A stretch of DNA of 48,872 nt from Peribolospora baueri (Eukaryota): contig JAMDHS010000048.1 in NCBI GenBank assembly GCA_029717555.1, positions 124,001 to 172,872 on the forward strand, read 5' to 3'. Numbering within the stretch: the first letter of the stretch is position 1; each line of letters opens with the position of its first letter. Position numbers and translations under genes: made by a program. A model generated the notes under the pieces. It was given only the letters and a program-made list of their open reading frames with translations. It ran no database searches and was not told the DNA's origin. Of this stretch, positions 12,101-23,400 are shown piece by piece.

Positions 12101-14495
12101 GAAGCGTCGAGGCGTTTTCGAAGTAGACCTGGGGAAAAAAGGGGAGGGGGGGCCGAAGTGCGAAGCGATTAAATGATCGAGTCGAGCTACCACACAATGA
12201 GACGACGACGACGACGACGACGACGACAATGGAAGTACTCACGAACACGAGCACGCTCAAATCCTCCACATAGCGCCGTTCTGTCTCGACGAGCTCCAAG
12301 AACGAGTGCAGCCTCTTCTGACGCATCTTCTCCGCCTTCTTCCTCTGCGTCTCGGCCTCAGCTTCTCTCCTCTCCTCCTCATCCTCCGTCTCCCCGACGT
12401 GGAACAGGCGCCTTCCTCCGTGCGACAAAGCTGAAGACCCTTTCCGACCGGCGGTCGTCTCCTCGGTGAGGAGGAGCTCTTGATCCTGCTCCTCCTCTGA
12501 TATGCTCGGTCGCTGATAGCGGACGGAACCGTCGCAAGAGCTCGAGCCGCAACCGCTCCCGCTGGCCGAAGACGTTCCTGTGGACAAGGGCTCCATAAGC
12601 AAGGGGGCGCCATCGACGGCAACGGGCCTGGGAAGGCCGGCGGAAGCGGTCGGACCAGGTGAGACGACCCGCTCGGCGAGGATGTGGGAACGGTCGTCAG
12701 ATTCAGTAGCAACGGCGGTGATCTTGGAGATCTTGCAGTCGTCCGCTTCGACGAGCCGGAGACTGCCTATGTTGCAATCCGGCCCGTCCGGTTTCGCCGC
12801 CGTCGGAGATCCATCAGGGACAATGATCAAGGACGGCCGCGGGGACAGGGTCCTTGCAGGTTCGTGTCCATCTTCGGTGTCGACCAGTGCGGGATGCGGC
12901 GGATCGACGCCTTCGATACGGACGGGGTCGTCTGCGGATGGCGGCGACGGGACGGAGACGATCGGAGGAGGAGGAAGAGGAGGACGCTCCGAGACGCCTC
13001 TTGAAGCCGGCCCCAAACCCTTTGCGACCGCCTCCCTCCGGGATGGCGGGAAGACATGCGCATCAATGCCCGACAAGCCTAGTCCCTCCGGCGCCTCCGA
13101 CGACGTCGGCGGCTCGGACTGCTTATCCAATGGACTCTGGCGATGCTTCTCGTCCTCCTGGAAGCGCACCTTGGGACTCGTCGAGATGCTGCTCAGCCTC
13201 AACTTGGGGCTCGAGCTCCATCGGGGCGGGATGTCGACGGCGTCGGTAGGCGACGGCGGGGCTCGTCGACCGGGACGGCTCGAGTGGCTGTCTGAACTGG
13301 GCGCGATCAAGGTGGTCGAGTCGTGAGACGGGCGACGACCGGCACGACGCTCGCGGCGGTCGCCGCCGCTCGACGAACGCGGTCGCACGGTTGCTGGTTT
13401 ACCGGGCGGTCTCGTCGGAGGGTCTGGCTGTGGCGGCGCTTGAATGGTATTCACGACGCCGGCGAGGCTGATCACCGTGTTCGCCCGGCTGTGTCGCACG
13501 CCTCGAACCGAGGAGCAAGGCGGAGCAGCGCAGCCAAAAGAGCTCCGACGGTAGGGGATAGCGGGCTGACTCGGGATCGACATCTCTTCGTCTACCACCG
13601 CCTCGCTCTGCGGCAGCATGAAGGGCACCGGGTTATGGTTGGCTTCGGAGGAGAGAGGAAAATAAGACGACGGCGGAAAGACTTGTCGAGGACTAATCAG
13701 GGGCGAGGTCATAGGCGAGTGGAATGTCATATCGGCGGCAGAAGACGAAAAGGAAACAAAGGACGCGGGAGACTGGACGGCGTCGGCACCTGCGACGGCG
13801 ATGGAGCCTGGGTATATGCGATCAGTGACTGTGTCTGTTGAAAAGGTGGCCATGTCGGTGGAAGGGTCGGGGCTAAAGAAAATGTCGTGGTCGGCGTCTT
13901 CTTGGCTCATGTTCGGTGAGGGCGAGGACGAGGAAGCGGCACCGGCAGAAGAAGCAAGAGAGAAGGAAGGCGCTCCATCGTGTCTCTTCCGCGACCGCCG
14001 CGATCGACAAGTTGGCTCCCACTCGGCTCTGCCGAACGTGCCTTGGTCCCACACCGCATCTCTCTCGGCAGCGACCGGTGCCTCCTTCGCCTTTCCTTTC
14101 AGGCCCACGGAGTGCCGTTCAGGAGCGTTGGGAGCACCGCCGCTGCCGAAAACGCCAGAGCGGGGATGCCGCTTGGGATGGGCGGGTGAAGATGTGCCGG
14201 GCTTTGAAGAGGTATTGCCGGCGGAGATGCTCATGCTCCTAGGCGCCGCGGTGGTGCTGGACGGGTGGGTAGGCCCCGCGCTGTAGTTGCGACCATCGAT
14301 CGAAGGCGAACGGGAGAGAACGGGCTCGTGGCTGCCGACGGCGAGGTCGTACGAGCTCGAGCTGGAGGGCGAAGATGGCGCAGAGGACGGGACGTGGATG
14401 GGGTCAGAAGGGGACGCAGCGACGCCGAGGTCGAGGACGGGGTGGAGGACTGTGGAGGGGATGTGAGTGGGGTGGGCGGTGGCAGTGACGGCCAT
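9105..14495 (-). CDS. Rho-family guanine nucleotide exchange factor (DH-PH tandem) with long disordered N- and C-termini
   Basis: DH signatures KRLHSFLELVETERRYVEDLSVL and LRDYLIKPIQRLCLYPLVLQSLL, followed by a PH-like region (CVLAGSLDVLYH...YYGCFLYSTFLLMVKV...FEFAAANSKERDVWVEHIQ). In-frame intron at 12242-12129 (gtgagt...cccag). First in-frame ATG is at 14495. A branch/acceptor (gctgac...ccag) at ~14533 suggests an upstream exon. Confidence 0.88.
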   Translation of the reverse strand: MAVTATAHPTHIPSTVLHPVLDLGVAASPSDPIHVPSSAPSSPSSSSSYDLAVGSHEPVLSRSPSIDGRNYSAGPTHPSSTTAAPRSMSISAGNTSSKPGTSSPAHPKRHPRSGVFGSGGAPNAPERHSVGLKGKAKEAPVAAERDAVWDQGTFGRAEWEPTCRSRRSRKRHDGAPSFSLASSAGAASSSSPSPNMSQEDADHDIFFSPDPSTDMATFSTDTVTDRIYPGSIAVAGADAVQSPASFVSFSSSAADMTFHSPMTSPLISPRQVFPPSSYFPLSSEANHNPVPFMLPQSEAVVDEEMSIPSQPAIPYRRSSFGCAAPPCSSVRGVRHSRANTVISLAGVVNTIQAPPQPDPPTRPPGKPATVRPRSSSGGDRRERRAGRRPSHDSTTLIAPSSDSHSSRPGRRAPPSPTDAVDIPPRWSSSPKLRLSSISTSPKVRFQEDEKHRQSPLDKQSEPPTSSEAPEGLGLSGIDAHVFPPSRREAVAKGLGPASRGVSERPPLPPPPIVSVPSPPSADDPVRIEGVDPPHPALVDTEDGHEPARTLSPRPSLIIVPDGSPTAAKPDGPDCNIGSLRLVEADDCKISKITAVATESDDRSHILAERVVSPGPTASAGLPRPVAVDGAPLLMEPLSTGTSSASGSGCGSSSCDGSVRYQRPSISEEEQDQELLLTEETTAGRKGSSALSHGGRRLFHVGETEDEEERREAEAETQRKKAEKMRQKRLHSFLELVETERRYVEDLSVLVFVSTSIVVVVVVVVVSLCGSSTRSFNRFALRPPLPFFPQVYFENASTLPFFIEHPTKLAILARNAHSLVDLHQRLADDFSRILDEYDLSQFTSEPPTMIQCHPGKADTAVAKVARRFVEEARSYALYDEFCAKHNEALAILREAESRQSDWDVFERHCATVIQAAQRTDAGPEPLLPVSPTTVHPPTPPASKQRLPVSIPSSPRGGPTAKARHGPASKLHLRDYLIKPIQRLCLYPLVLQSLLTNTPDFVELDYHTARSHGWVSDNGLGDLEMAVEAMKGVADRVDGAKREREQQIRSATILERLEPNPGLPTAFLEGLGDCVLAGSLDVLYHNVRSAPLVAPLRFKYYGCFLYSTFLLMVKVRKSKSFESRHWFPLAFFELSNLSNGDGLLPYSFRLSHLDHHFEFAAANSKERDVWVEHIQIALGKARVSWNGTGLMGVEAIHGPSRNSSFAAQTRRMSAPVEELMEPSLRRSLSFKRNSVPAVSADMDRLPPLLSGMGYVHEPGSSPVETPSPVDPLWTFFSESVTVEAGPDQAPVSNIVIRHASASQRTVVDRGLQDVFSDACLAARNSVDTGSVTESCSTTWQTSAPSIGSKMKLSSVQTVKLQRRRSALDLLHPSGDDGSHRIVVEPHSASVTHSRSNSASSPDAFFGNYAIGGSDSPYVAPTGTTRIPVQATQNDAHGSSSQQPWSSLFGTRRRTRSNAALASPFTLDRGWPANEPIAPHVMPVGGAHPHERRLYGGSETPGPPPNRDLNRSNSVTAVHNGGGLTRTESFRRALSTSLRANRSRSVPRVSQAVDGGERQARQQRPNGQQPIAAAVAAAASTAEAVEESSPRRPARTESPSPEMTPVRSLSGLLRHKSLGQPPAGWFQRRLSTISATPREERETNGRHAPPERSPPMPKRGLPLSSSSNPSSPTKAAAKVDCGDVPSNQPAPASKGFRHGCSGSVYMDVSASEPVHIAAERPHPLPTQRAAESAQILTTGLPAGDPDDGYAQAAAAAVRRKKGSHRLFANLNRLTAIPGLTTSPSMSPPAFGLGGRKKSQ

Positions 14496-15130
14496 GAGCG
14501 TCCGGAAGGAAGGCGGTGCGGGCCCGGGTGGTCTGGTATGCCGGTCAGCCTTCGTGGCGGCGGCGGCGATTGTGACTGTGAGACTGTCAGGGGGGCACGG
14601 TGGACATGGAGGAAGGAGAGGAAGGGGAGAAGGAAGACGAAAGGGCGAGGGCAAGCAAGAAGGGGGAAAGAGAGGCGACAACGCAAGATCGGTGGTGGTA
14701 GTGAAGAAAGAGAGCGACGATGAGGTCAGTCAGTCAGTATTCACGAACCGAACGCCGACGTCGAACGGTCCGGAACGCCTTCGCTGCTCTCCCCACACTC
14801 GGGCCCGCCCATGGCGTCATCGCCCACCCACTAACACCCTTAGTGCGCCGCCGAGGAACACGAATCGGAAAACGCAAAAAGATCGAACCAAGCTCGGGTC
14901 GGCCCATGCGCATGCCGTCCCGTCGTCCGCCTCCCCACTCCCCCACGAGCCGGGCGACGTCCGATGCCCAGCGTCGCCCTGGATTCTCTCCAGTGCGTGC
15001 ACGCAGGGCCACGCGGCCCCCAATGCGGTCGAAGGAGAGGCAAGGGACGGAAAGAAGCGGACGGACGGACGGGTGGATGGACGGGATGGGATGGACGGAG
15101 GGAGAGCTCGCGAGCCACGCCGGTGGATCG

Positions 15131-15194
15131 AATGAATGAATGAATGAATGAATGAATGAATGAATGAATGAATGAATGAATGAATGAATGAATG
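15131..15194. repeat. (AATG)16 microsatellite
   Basis: Perfect tetranucleotide run counted directly. Confidence 0.97.
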
Positions 15195-18100
15195 CACGCG
15201 GCTGAGCTTCATCTCGTCGAGACAATCAATCATCCCATCCTCGATCGATCGACCCTACCGACGCCGCACGGCCGCTCCCCGCCTCGCTTCCCCAGCTCCC
15301 AACTCGTCGACCAGGTCCTGACCACGCTTCCCGAACGACGACACGTGTCGGCGCACATACACCCGACGAGCATGACGCCTTCCAGCCGGTACATCCGCCA
15401 CGCCGCAGGGCGTGGTGCTCGTCCAGATCATCTGGCTCACCGCCTTCGACAGACGTCCCGGGACGGACAGAACAAAGGGAGCAACCGGGACTGCCCACGC
15501 GCACCGCTCCCGCTCCCCAAGCATCCTGACCTGGTCCTGGTCCCCACGCCACGAATAACCGCCCATCTGGCCTGGCCGACGCAACTCACCGGGAGGGATA
15601 GACGCCAAAAACCGAGGGGCCGGACGTCGAGCGATTGGGGATAAATAGGCGAAAGGTGGGTGGGGGAGGACGAAAGACGGATTACCCTACCCGCCTGCAA
15701 GAACTAGCCGCGCGGACCTTTGGGCCGGCGCGAAGCAAAGGGCGAGGGAGGGAGTGACGGCGAGAGAGCGGTATGTGGGGCAGCCGTCGATGGAGGAGGA
15801 AAGAGAAAAGGGAAGGGGCAGCGGTGCACAAGGATGCGAAGCGAAAGGAGAGGAAGATGTCCTTGAGACGATGGCGGTGGGGATGGTGAGGAGGACGACG
15901 ACGACGCTGCGGAGGCGGCCGGGCTAGGTCGAGGTCGAGGTCGAAGGAAGAAAAGAAGGCGAGGGGAGAAGAGGGAGGGAGAGAAGGAAGGACCGGTCGT
16001 CGTCGTGGGGGCGGGTCGGGTCGGGTCGGTCGGTGTCGATGTTGAGGGGACGAATGGGAGGGGGACGTGCGCGTCGCGAGGCTTGCCCGGGGGGTGGGCG
16101 GGCGAGGGGGAGTAGGCGAGAGCGAGTAGTGGGCTGTGGGCGAGGAGAAGGAGAAGGAGAAGGAGAAGGAATAGAAGAAGGGAGGACAAAGAAAGCACGC
16201 CGTCCGGTCAGCCGCGAAAGAAAGGGAGGAAAGAAGGAAGGAAGGAGGTCGAGATCGAACGTGGGCGAGCGCTGGGCGGCGGCGGTGAGCGGAAGAAGGG
16301 GAGTGGCCGGGAAGGGGAAGGGGGAAGGAAGGGCCATTATCTAAGATAAGTGTACAGTCGGTAGATTACAGGCAGACATGTGCGCATCAAGTGCATGCGC
16401 GTTCATACGTGATTCATGTGTCTAGACTGCTCCCGCCACCGTGATCGCAGCCAAGCGCAAAGCTACGACGTCGTGCTCCACCGGGCAACCCGGTTCCACC
16501 CTGTACTCACCCAGCTGAAGCGAGCGACCCCAAGCTAGGTCGGAAAGGCGGGTAGGTGGTAGGTAGGTAGGTATATAGGTTGCTAGGCGGAAGGGGCCGT
16601 CTGTGGCTGTGCGAGGGGTAGATGGCTCGCGATTCGGTACGAAGGAGAAGCCCCGCGCGAGAAGAACCGCCCTGTGCGCTCGTCCGTCGCGTCCGTTGGA
16701 TTGTCCGTCAAGCACGCTTCCTTCGAATCTGTACAGGAGTTAGAAAGAGAGAAGGAGAGCGCTGACATTGCGTGGATGGAAGAATGTATGCGATGGGTGG
16801 ATGGATCGATGGATGCGAAAAAGCGGTCAGTTAACCCGAAAACGTGCAGCGCGGATGCACTTGCGCCGATCATCGGGCGGGCGGAGCGAGACGAGGCGAG
16901 GCGAGACGAGACGAGGCAAGGAAAGCCAAGCAAGGATGAACCGAGGTCCGTGCAGATCCGACCGGCGTGCGTCGTCGGGCGACGACGACGACGAAGAGGC
17001 GGAGCCGCCCGCCCCGGACAGACAGCATCCTCCGTCGGTCGCCTCCCTCTCCGGGGATCGTCCAAACTTAGTGCGCCCCTCTCTTCCGCGCGCGCCGGTC
17101 CCTGCCGCCAATCTCCTTTCATCCATCCATCCACATCTGTCCACCCCGTGCACGGTCGGACGAGCGAGCGAGCGCGTCTTGCTCACCTGTTCTTGCTACA
17201 GCTGGAAATCAGATACGTCTTGGTCGGGTCGGATAAAATAGTATACGGAGCGCTCTAGTCCGCGTGCTTGGCCCTGTATGCTAAGTCTTAGCAGCTCGCG
17301 TCATCGATGCGATATCGATGGATGGGCGAAGGGGGGAAGGGGGGCGAGGTCGAGGATCCGCGTTTACCTTGCCGGCGGGAGCGGGGGCCGGTTGAATGTA
17401 TGTATGGGGGAAGGAAAGCGAGAGAGTGTGTATGTGCAGGTCAACATCGACTTGTCCGCGGGAAAGAGTCCTAAAACCCATGCAAGGTCCACCGCCGCCT
17501 CACCCCAACGACGACGATCGAGGGCGGGTGAGTGAGTCCTTGACGGGAGTGGAGACGATGAAAGCAAGCTAACCGATGACGCGAACTCCTCGACGACAGA
17601 AAGACAGGCGGACAGACAGGCGGACGCGGTCGGAGTGAGGATCGGAAATGCGATGGCAGCGGCGGATGCGGGCGAGGCGTAGAAAGAGGCACCTGTGCGT
17701 GCATATGTACGATTCTTCTCGTCCGGTCGTGCACATAGCGTAGACGGTCCGCAAACTCGAAACGAGCGCAAGCGGAAAGCGTTCTGGAACCAACCTCAGA
17801 CCCTCTCCAGCAAGTGGCTGGCAGCGCAAAGTTTGACGGATATGGATGGACGGTGCGCCCGAGGCAAGGGCGGGCCGGCGACTGTGACATGTCATTCTCT
17901 TCCTTGCTTCGATCCAGGCACGATCCGTCGTTGACCGCGTTTGTTATAAGTCTCATTGAGATTGACAAAAAAAGATAACCTAACCTGAAGGAAAGGATTT
18001 GCACGGCCCCAGTCCCCGAACCCAAGTTGTCTCTGTACGCGCAGATCGTCGGCCCACACTGGCCGACTTCTTTCCGGTGAGACCGACCGACCTCAGCGTA

Positions 18101-20420
18101 GGCCAGCTCTCCAAGACAAACGAAACTATGACAGGGCACGGGCCTCCGGTGACGGTATCGCTCCTGCATCCCGACTGGCTTGGCTGATCAAATGCGCAGC
18201 CCCTCATGGATGATAGCCCCAATACGAGGCTTGTTGCCTCTATCCGAGTAACATATGACGAATGGGCGAAAAAAACCGACACGAACGAACTCCTTTGCGA
18301 GGCATTTATGCTCGGCCTGACACCGATCCATGGTCTGCGCATAAGCCATGGATGGCACCTTCTCCACCGTACGCACCAAACCATCTCGCGTTCAGAACCT
18401 TCATGGACGGGACGGCACGAAGAGCACGCCGGAACCTCTCGGAGAACCGCAACCGCGCAAGCAAATTCTCGAGGGAGAAAAAAGCAATGGTGATAGGAAG
18501 CAAAGGCGATGATGAAGGAAGAAAAGCAGATATGGATGATCTCACGCGCCGAACGGAAACGGAAGTTCCTGAGCCCCGGCCAAGTCGTCGTCACGCCTGC
18601 CGAGCTTGTGACACAAATTTCATTCTTCCTTGCGTCGTGTTCGATTCATATTGGGCATGAGGCTTCGTTAGGCGGAACCCCCTTCCATGTCGGTCCTTTC
18701 CGAGCAGCCGCCGATCGTCGTCGCGCAGCAGCGTCCGGAACGAACAAATCCTTGTCCCCGACTAGCTGGAGTGAGCCGCGGCGTAACTAGCTCTTGACGA
18801 GTTCTGTTTCGCACGCGACATTGACCTATGCGTCCGCTTATGGAGATGGACCCCACTCCCTGTCGTTGATGTCATGTCGTCTTATTACCGCAAACTCCTC
18901 TTCATCCACCGCTAATGCCTTTTGTAAGGAACCTTGCCGCCGGGTTGAATGAACGATCGTCGATATCGTCGACCGCTTTGGCTCCCAAGGATCAGCGGAG
19001 CTGTCATGGCGAGACGAACACAGGAAGCTGATGCGAGGAAAACAAGTTTGCTGTTTCCCTTCCCCTCTCTCGCAAAGGGGGCATAGAGGCTTTTCGTGCC
19101 GCTGAGCCGCTGCCGAGACAAGCATAACAGCCCTTCGGATCATGGGTTGCGCGCCGCCGCGTCATCATTCTACCCTCACAGCCAAACTTGTCCTCGCCAT
19201 GGAGCCATCCTCCACCGTCGCATCCCGACTAGATATCTCGCCATCGAAAGGCTGGTGAGCGTCGGTCTTAGTCGGCCGTTCGGTCGAAATCGGCGGCAGC
19301 CATCTATCTCATCTCGCCTTGTTGGGCAGGTCCTGTTCAGGATGCTGGCGGCTATGGTGTGCTGACCGCTGCGGGCATGGCAAGTCTTTGACGCAGTTCG
19401 TCGCGGCCAACCAAGGGCTTGACGGCTTAACGGTGCTCCTTCACGCATTGTCATCGCCCAGTCCTATTGCCGAGTCATCCCTTTCCATCTCGCGCTGACA
19501 CGCGCCTGTCTTCCAGGTCCCCACGAGTGAAGCGTCGCATCGATCGAAACAACAGCGCGGAAGGCACGAGCAGCCGGTCTGGACAGGGAGCGTGAATTCG
19601 TGCTATGATAGGAAGGGTGTGGAAATTGTGCTCAGAAGTTGGTCAGAGCCAGTGAAATTGGGTGGCGGACAGGGTCGCGTGCCAGACGAGGACGTCGAAC
19701 GAGCTGCAGAGTCGAACGCGCTCCGCAGGCAACAGGAAGAGACATATGCAAAGGCGTAACGTCACAGCACGTCTTGGTCGAAGGTAAGGTCGTCGATGAC
19801 GCTATAACGGTCTAGTAGACGGTGGACGTGGTGAAAAAGCAGTGGACGATGTTTCCGTTGGCGTTCCTACCCAACCAACCATGGTCGCTAGAGGTCGTCA
19901 GCCAGCCTAGCGAGGTCGATGAGGAAGCAGAAACCTGGCGAGCCACATGTGAGCACGCTATTCCCAAGTACATAGCCAGCTGAAGCGGGCGGGGAACAGT
20001 GCCCGACGTGGTTTTTGCAAGCTTGATTTGCTTCATACGTATCATCGCTGTCGGCGGGGGGTCTTCCGTGCCGAGGGGGCCAGCGGGGCGTTCGATTACA
20101 AAGCGTCGACGCGCGATTCTAACGGACTGTAATGCACCGCTGTATTCGACCCACCCGTCCGCGTCACGAGCCACGAGCGCCGTCATCGATCTGTCCTGTC
20201 CGTCTGTCCATCCATCCATCATCCAGTCGTGGTCGACCTCGCTCCTGCTCTCCATCCATCTCCCCGTCCCTTGCGAAGCCCCCCCTTTTTTCCTTCGCTG
20301 AAGCAACCCACCAACCCGCGACCAGCGGGCGCTTCGCCCTTCGTCCTCCAGCCTCCTTCCGTCCTCAGGCCAGGCCCGGCTTCCCCGCGGCCATCGTGCC
20401 ACCCGCACCCGCCTTGCCCG

Positions 20421-23400
20421 ATGGCTGGCGAACCGCTCATTGTCTGGGCGGTGCACGACTTCGAGGCGGAGAACCCGGACGAGGTGTCGTTCAGGGCCGG
20501 GGAGAAAATCGTCGTCGTCGAGAAGGACGACGCTTACAGCGACGGTTGGTGGCAGGTGCGTCCCGTTTCTGTTTCTCTTTGCGTCTTTCACGCTTCGAAC
20601 GCTTGTGCGCTGGTCGGTCGGAAAGGACGCCGGTGTCGTTGTGACCGGATCATGAGGGATGTCACCTAGCGCCCTGCCCTGGCCGGCGAGCTACCCGCAG
20701 CGAGCAGACTCCTCACACCCACACCCTGTTTCTCTCTGCCTCTCCTCTCCACCATCACCTTCTGCTTCATCGCCCGCTGCCGTCCTCTTCTCCATCGTCT
20801 TGTCTCCTCGCTCTTCAAACATGCCCTCCACGCCCGATCTTCGCCGTATGTTCTCCCGACGACCACCTTCGTTTGTTGGGTCGCCCACGGACATCTTCTC
20901 CACGCCGCCATCCTCTGCTCCGCCCTCCCCTTCCCCATCCCGCCTCGCTTCCGCCTCCTTTCTCTCCGTACGCGACGACGACGAGCAGGGTACGAATGAG
21001 CGCGATGAGACCGGTCTGTTTCCATTCTCTTACACTTCGTACAATCGCCCTCCCTCGGCGGCGCCCGGTGGCGACGCTGGACAAGGCCACCTCGGCGTCA
21101 ACGGCGCAGACGGGAGCGGGAGCCGGCTCGTGAACAAGGTCAGCGGAGTTGGCCTCAGCTCCGTACCCACCGTGTCGGTCGTCAACGAGGACGACGAAGA
21201 GGAGGAGTACGAGCCCGCCCAAGAGGCACCCGATGGCAGCAACGGTGAGGACCACAACCCGGGCGCTGCTGCCGGCGCGTTCATGAACGAGACCATGTCT
21301 GAGATCCAAGCGGCCATCAATTCTCTGGCCGTCGACGGCGCGCAATCGCCATCCAAAGCTGACGCGAACGTCGATGAAGCTCAGGACAGCGCGCCACGGC
21401 GAACGTCTTTTCAATCCTCTCGCTCTGTTGACCCTTACGGCTCGGACGGAGAGACTGCGGAAGGAGACGGCGACGGCGCCTACGACGCCTCTCACCAGGC
21501 CGCTGCCCGTCAAGCTTTGGCCGTGGCCGCCAAAGACAGCCTTGCAGCCAAGATGCAGCTGGAGAGGGAAGAAGCCGAGCGGCGGCGGCAGGAGGTGCAT
21601 TCAGCCGTCGAGGCGGAGGCCAGGGAGGCTGAGCGTGAGCGGCTGATGCGGGAGCGCGAGGCGCAGCATTTACGTGACCTCGCTGCGGCCAAGGAGAAGA
21701 AGGGCAAGGAGAAGAGCCAGAGGAAGGAGAAGATTGGGTACACTCCCACCGGCGCCGGCCGACGCCTCGCGCCGCCCGTCGCTGGTTTGCAGTTCAGTGA
21801 CGAGAGCGAAGGCGAGAGCGAAGGCGAGAGCGAGGGTGAGCCATTCGTCGATAACATCGAGACCCATTCGCCTCTGTTCGCCGTGATGGCGTCCAAACAG
21901 GAGCAAGGTCAAGGTTCCACCACGGAGGGAGGGCGACAGGCGGAAGAGGCCACGTCCCAGCCGCGCATTCAGCTTGAAAAAGCCGGCGGTGGGGGTGGAG
22001 ACGGAGAGGAGCCGCAGGAGGAGCTAGTCACCCCGTTGGACGAATTGGCTGCCAACCCCGAAGGTTTCAACGAACGGGAACAAGCGAAGTCGCTTTCTTC
22101 TGCTGAACTTGACAGTCAGCTGGGCACCAAGCCGTCGACTCCAAAGGCGATTGTTTCTGGCACGGACCAGACTTGTCAACTGCAATCCAATCCCGTGACT
22201 GCCAAGTCGGCGACGCCAGATACGGAGTACACTCGCACACCTGACTCCCCGGAGCCCGTGACCGCACCATTGGCCCCTGAAGACTATCAAGATCTTGAAG
22301 GATCGCAACAGGCGAAGGCGGATATCGGTCGTTGGCCCTCTTCGGCCAGCAAAACGGATTTCACCGGCGCTACGACCCCAACGGTAGGAAGCAAGAATGA
22401 CCCGATCGCCCTTGGTTTCCATCAGGCCCCTGCTGTCGAGACAACGCCACCGCCTCGCAGCATGACCCCGCAGAGCGTTACGTCTTCCCGCATCGACAGC
22501 GGACTGTCCGCCGCTGGCGGGGCTCCCAGCACAGCACCGACGACTGCTAACTTCTCTGCTACGCCTGCTGCGCCGAGCACACCCGTTGACAACAAGCTCA
22601 CGAGCCCTGAAGAAGCCAAGTCGCCTGCAGCGGAGGCCGCCGCGGCCAAGGAGCCTTTGCCACGGGATCCTCGAGACTGGAGCGTCGAGCAAGTCGTCGA
22701 GTGGGGGAGGAGCAAGGGGTGGGATCAAAAGACGGTTCTGGACAAGTTCATTGGTAAGTAGCAGAACTATCTTGTCGCCGGGTTGCCCCGGACACGAGGC
22801 CTAATTCGTCGTGCATTTATCTACCTTTGACTTGTGTCGTATACGCTTCCAGAGCACGAAATTTCCGGTGATGTACTTCTTGAAATGGACATTAACATCC
22901 TCAAGGAGATCGACATCATCGCGTTTGGGAAACGATCCAAGATTGCTACCGCCATCCACCAGCTCCGCCGTCCCCTTTCCGTCTCTTCCGGTCAAGCTGC
23001 GTCCTTCGGCTTGGCCACGCCCCAAACCGTACCACCGCGCCGCTCTTCATCGCCTTTCCAACCACCCACCCAAGTTCCTCTGTCGCCGCACTCCCCCAAG
23101 AGCAGCGTGGGCGCAAGCTACGACGCCGACCAGGACCACCCACCCTCGCGACCGCCGGCAGTCGCCGAAACGCTCGCTCCCATCTCTGGCCTTTACCAGA
23201 ACCAGCCGAGGCAATCTTACCGCAACTCCAGCTCCGACTTGCAAGGTCTTGCCGCCTCCCCTCCCATCATCAGTAGCGAGAGCTTCAACAGGGTCGTCCG
23301 GAGGATGTCCGACCCGGACATTGTGGGCGACATGCGAACGAGCCGCGACGGCCGCGGCGCACGCGTCTCCCTTCTTGGCTCGGAAGGCGGCCAGAGTCGT

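Noticed and set aside
10326..12176. 616-aa plus-strand ORF, and many other 100-370 aa overlapping ORFs
   Set aside because: These are antisense or alternate-frame shadows of GC-rich genes (here the RhoGEF), with no domain features.
14734..15233. ORFs with HSFI repeats
   Set aside because: Translation artefact of the (AATG)16 microsatellite.
15704..16337. Minus-strand ORF with a signal-peptide-like poly-Leu start
   Set aside because: It derives from CT-rich simple repeats typical of promoter/5'UTR sequence, and the start is non-ATG.
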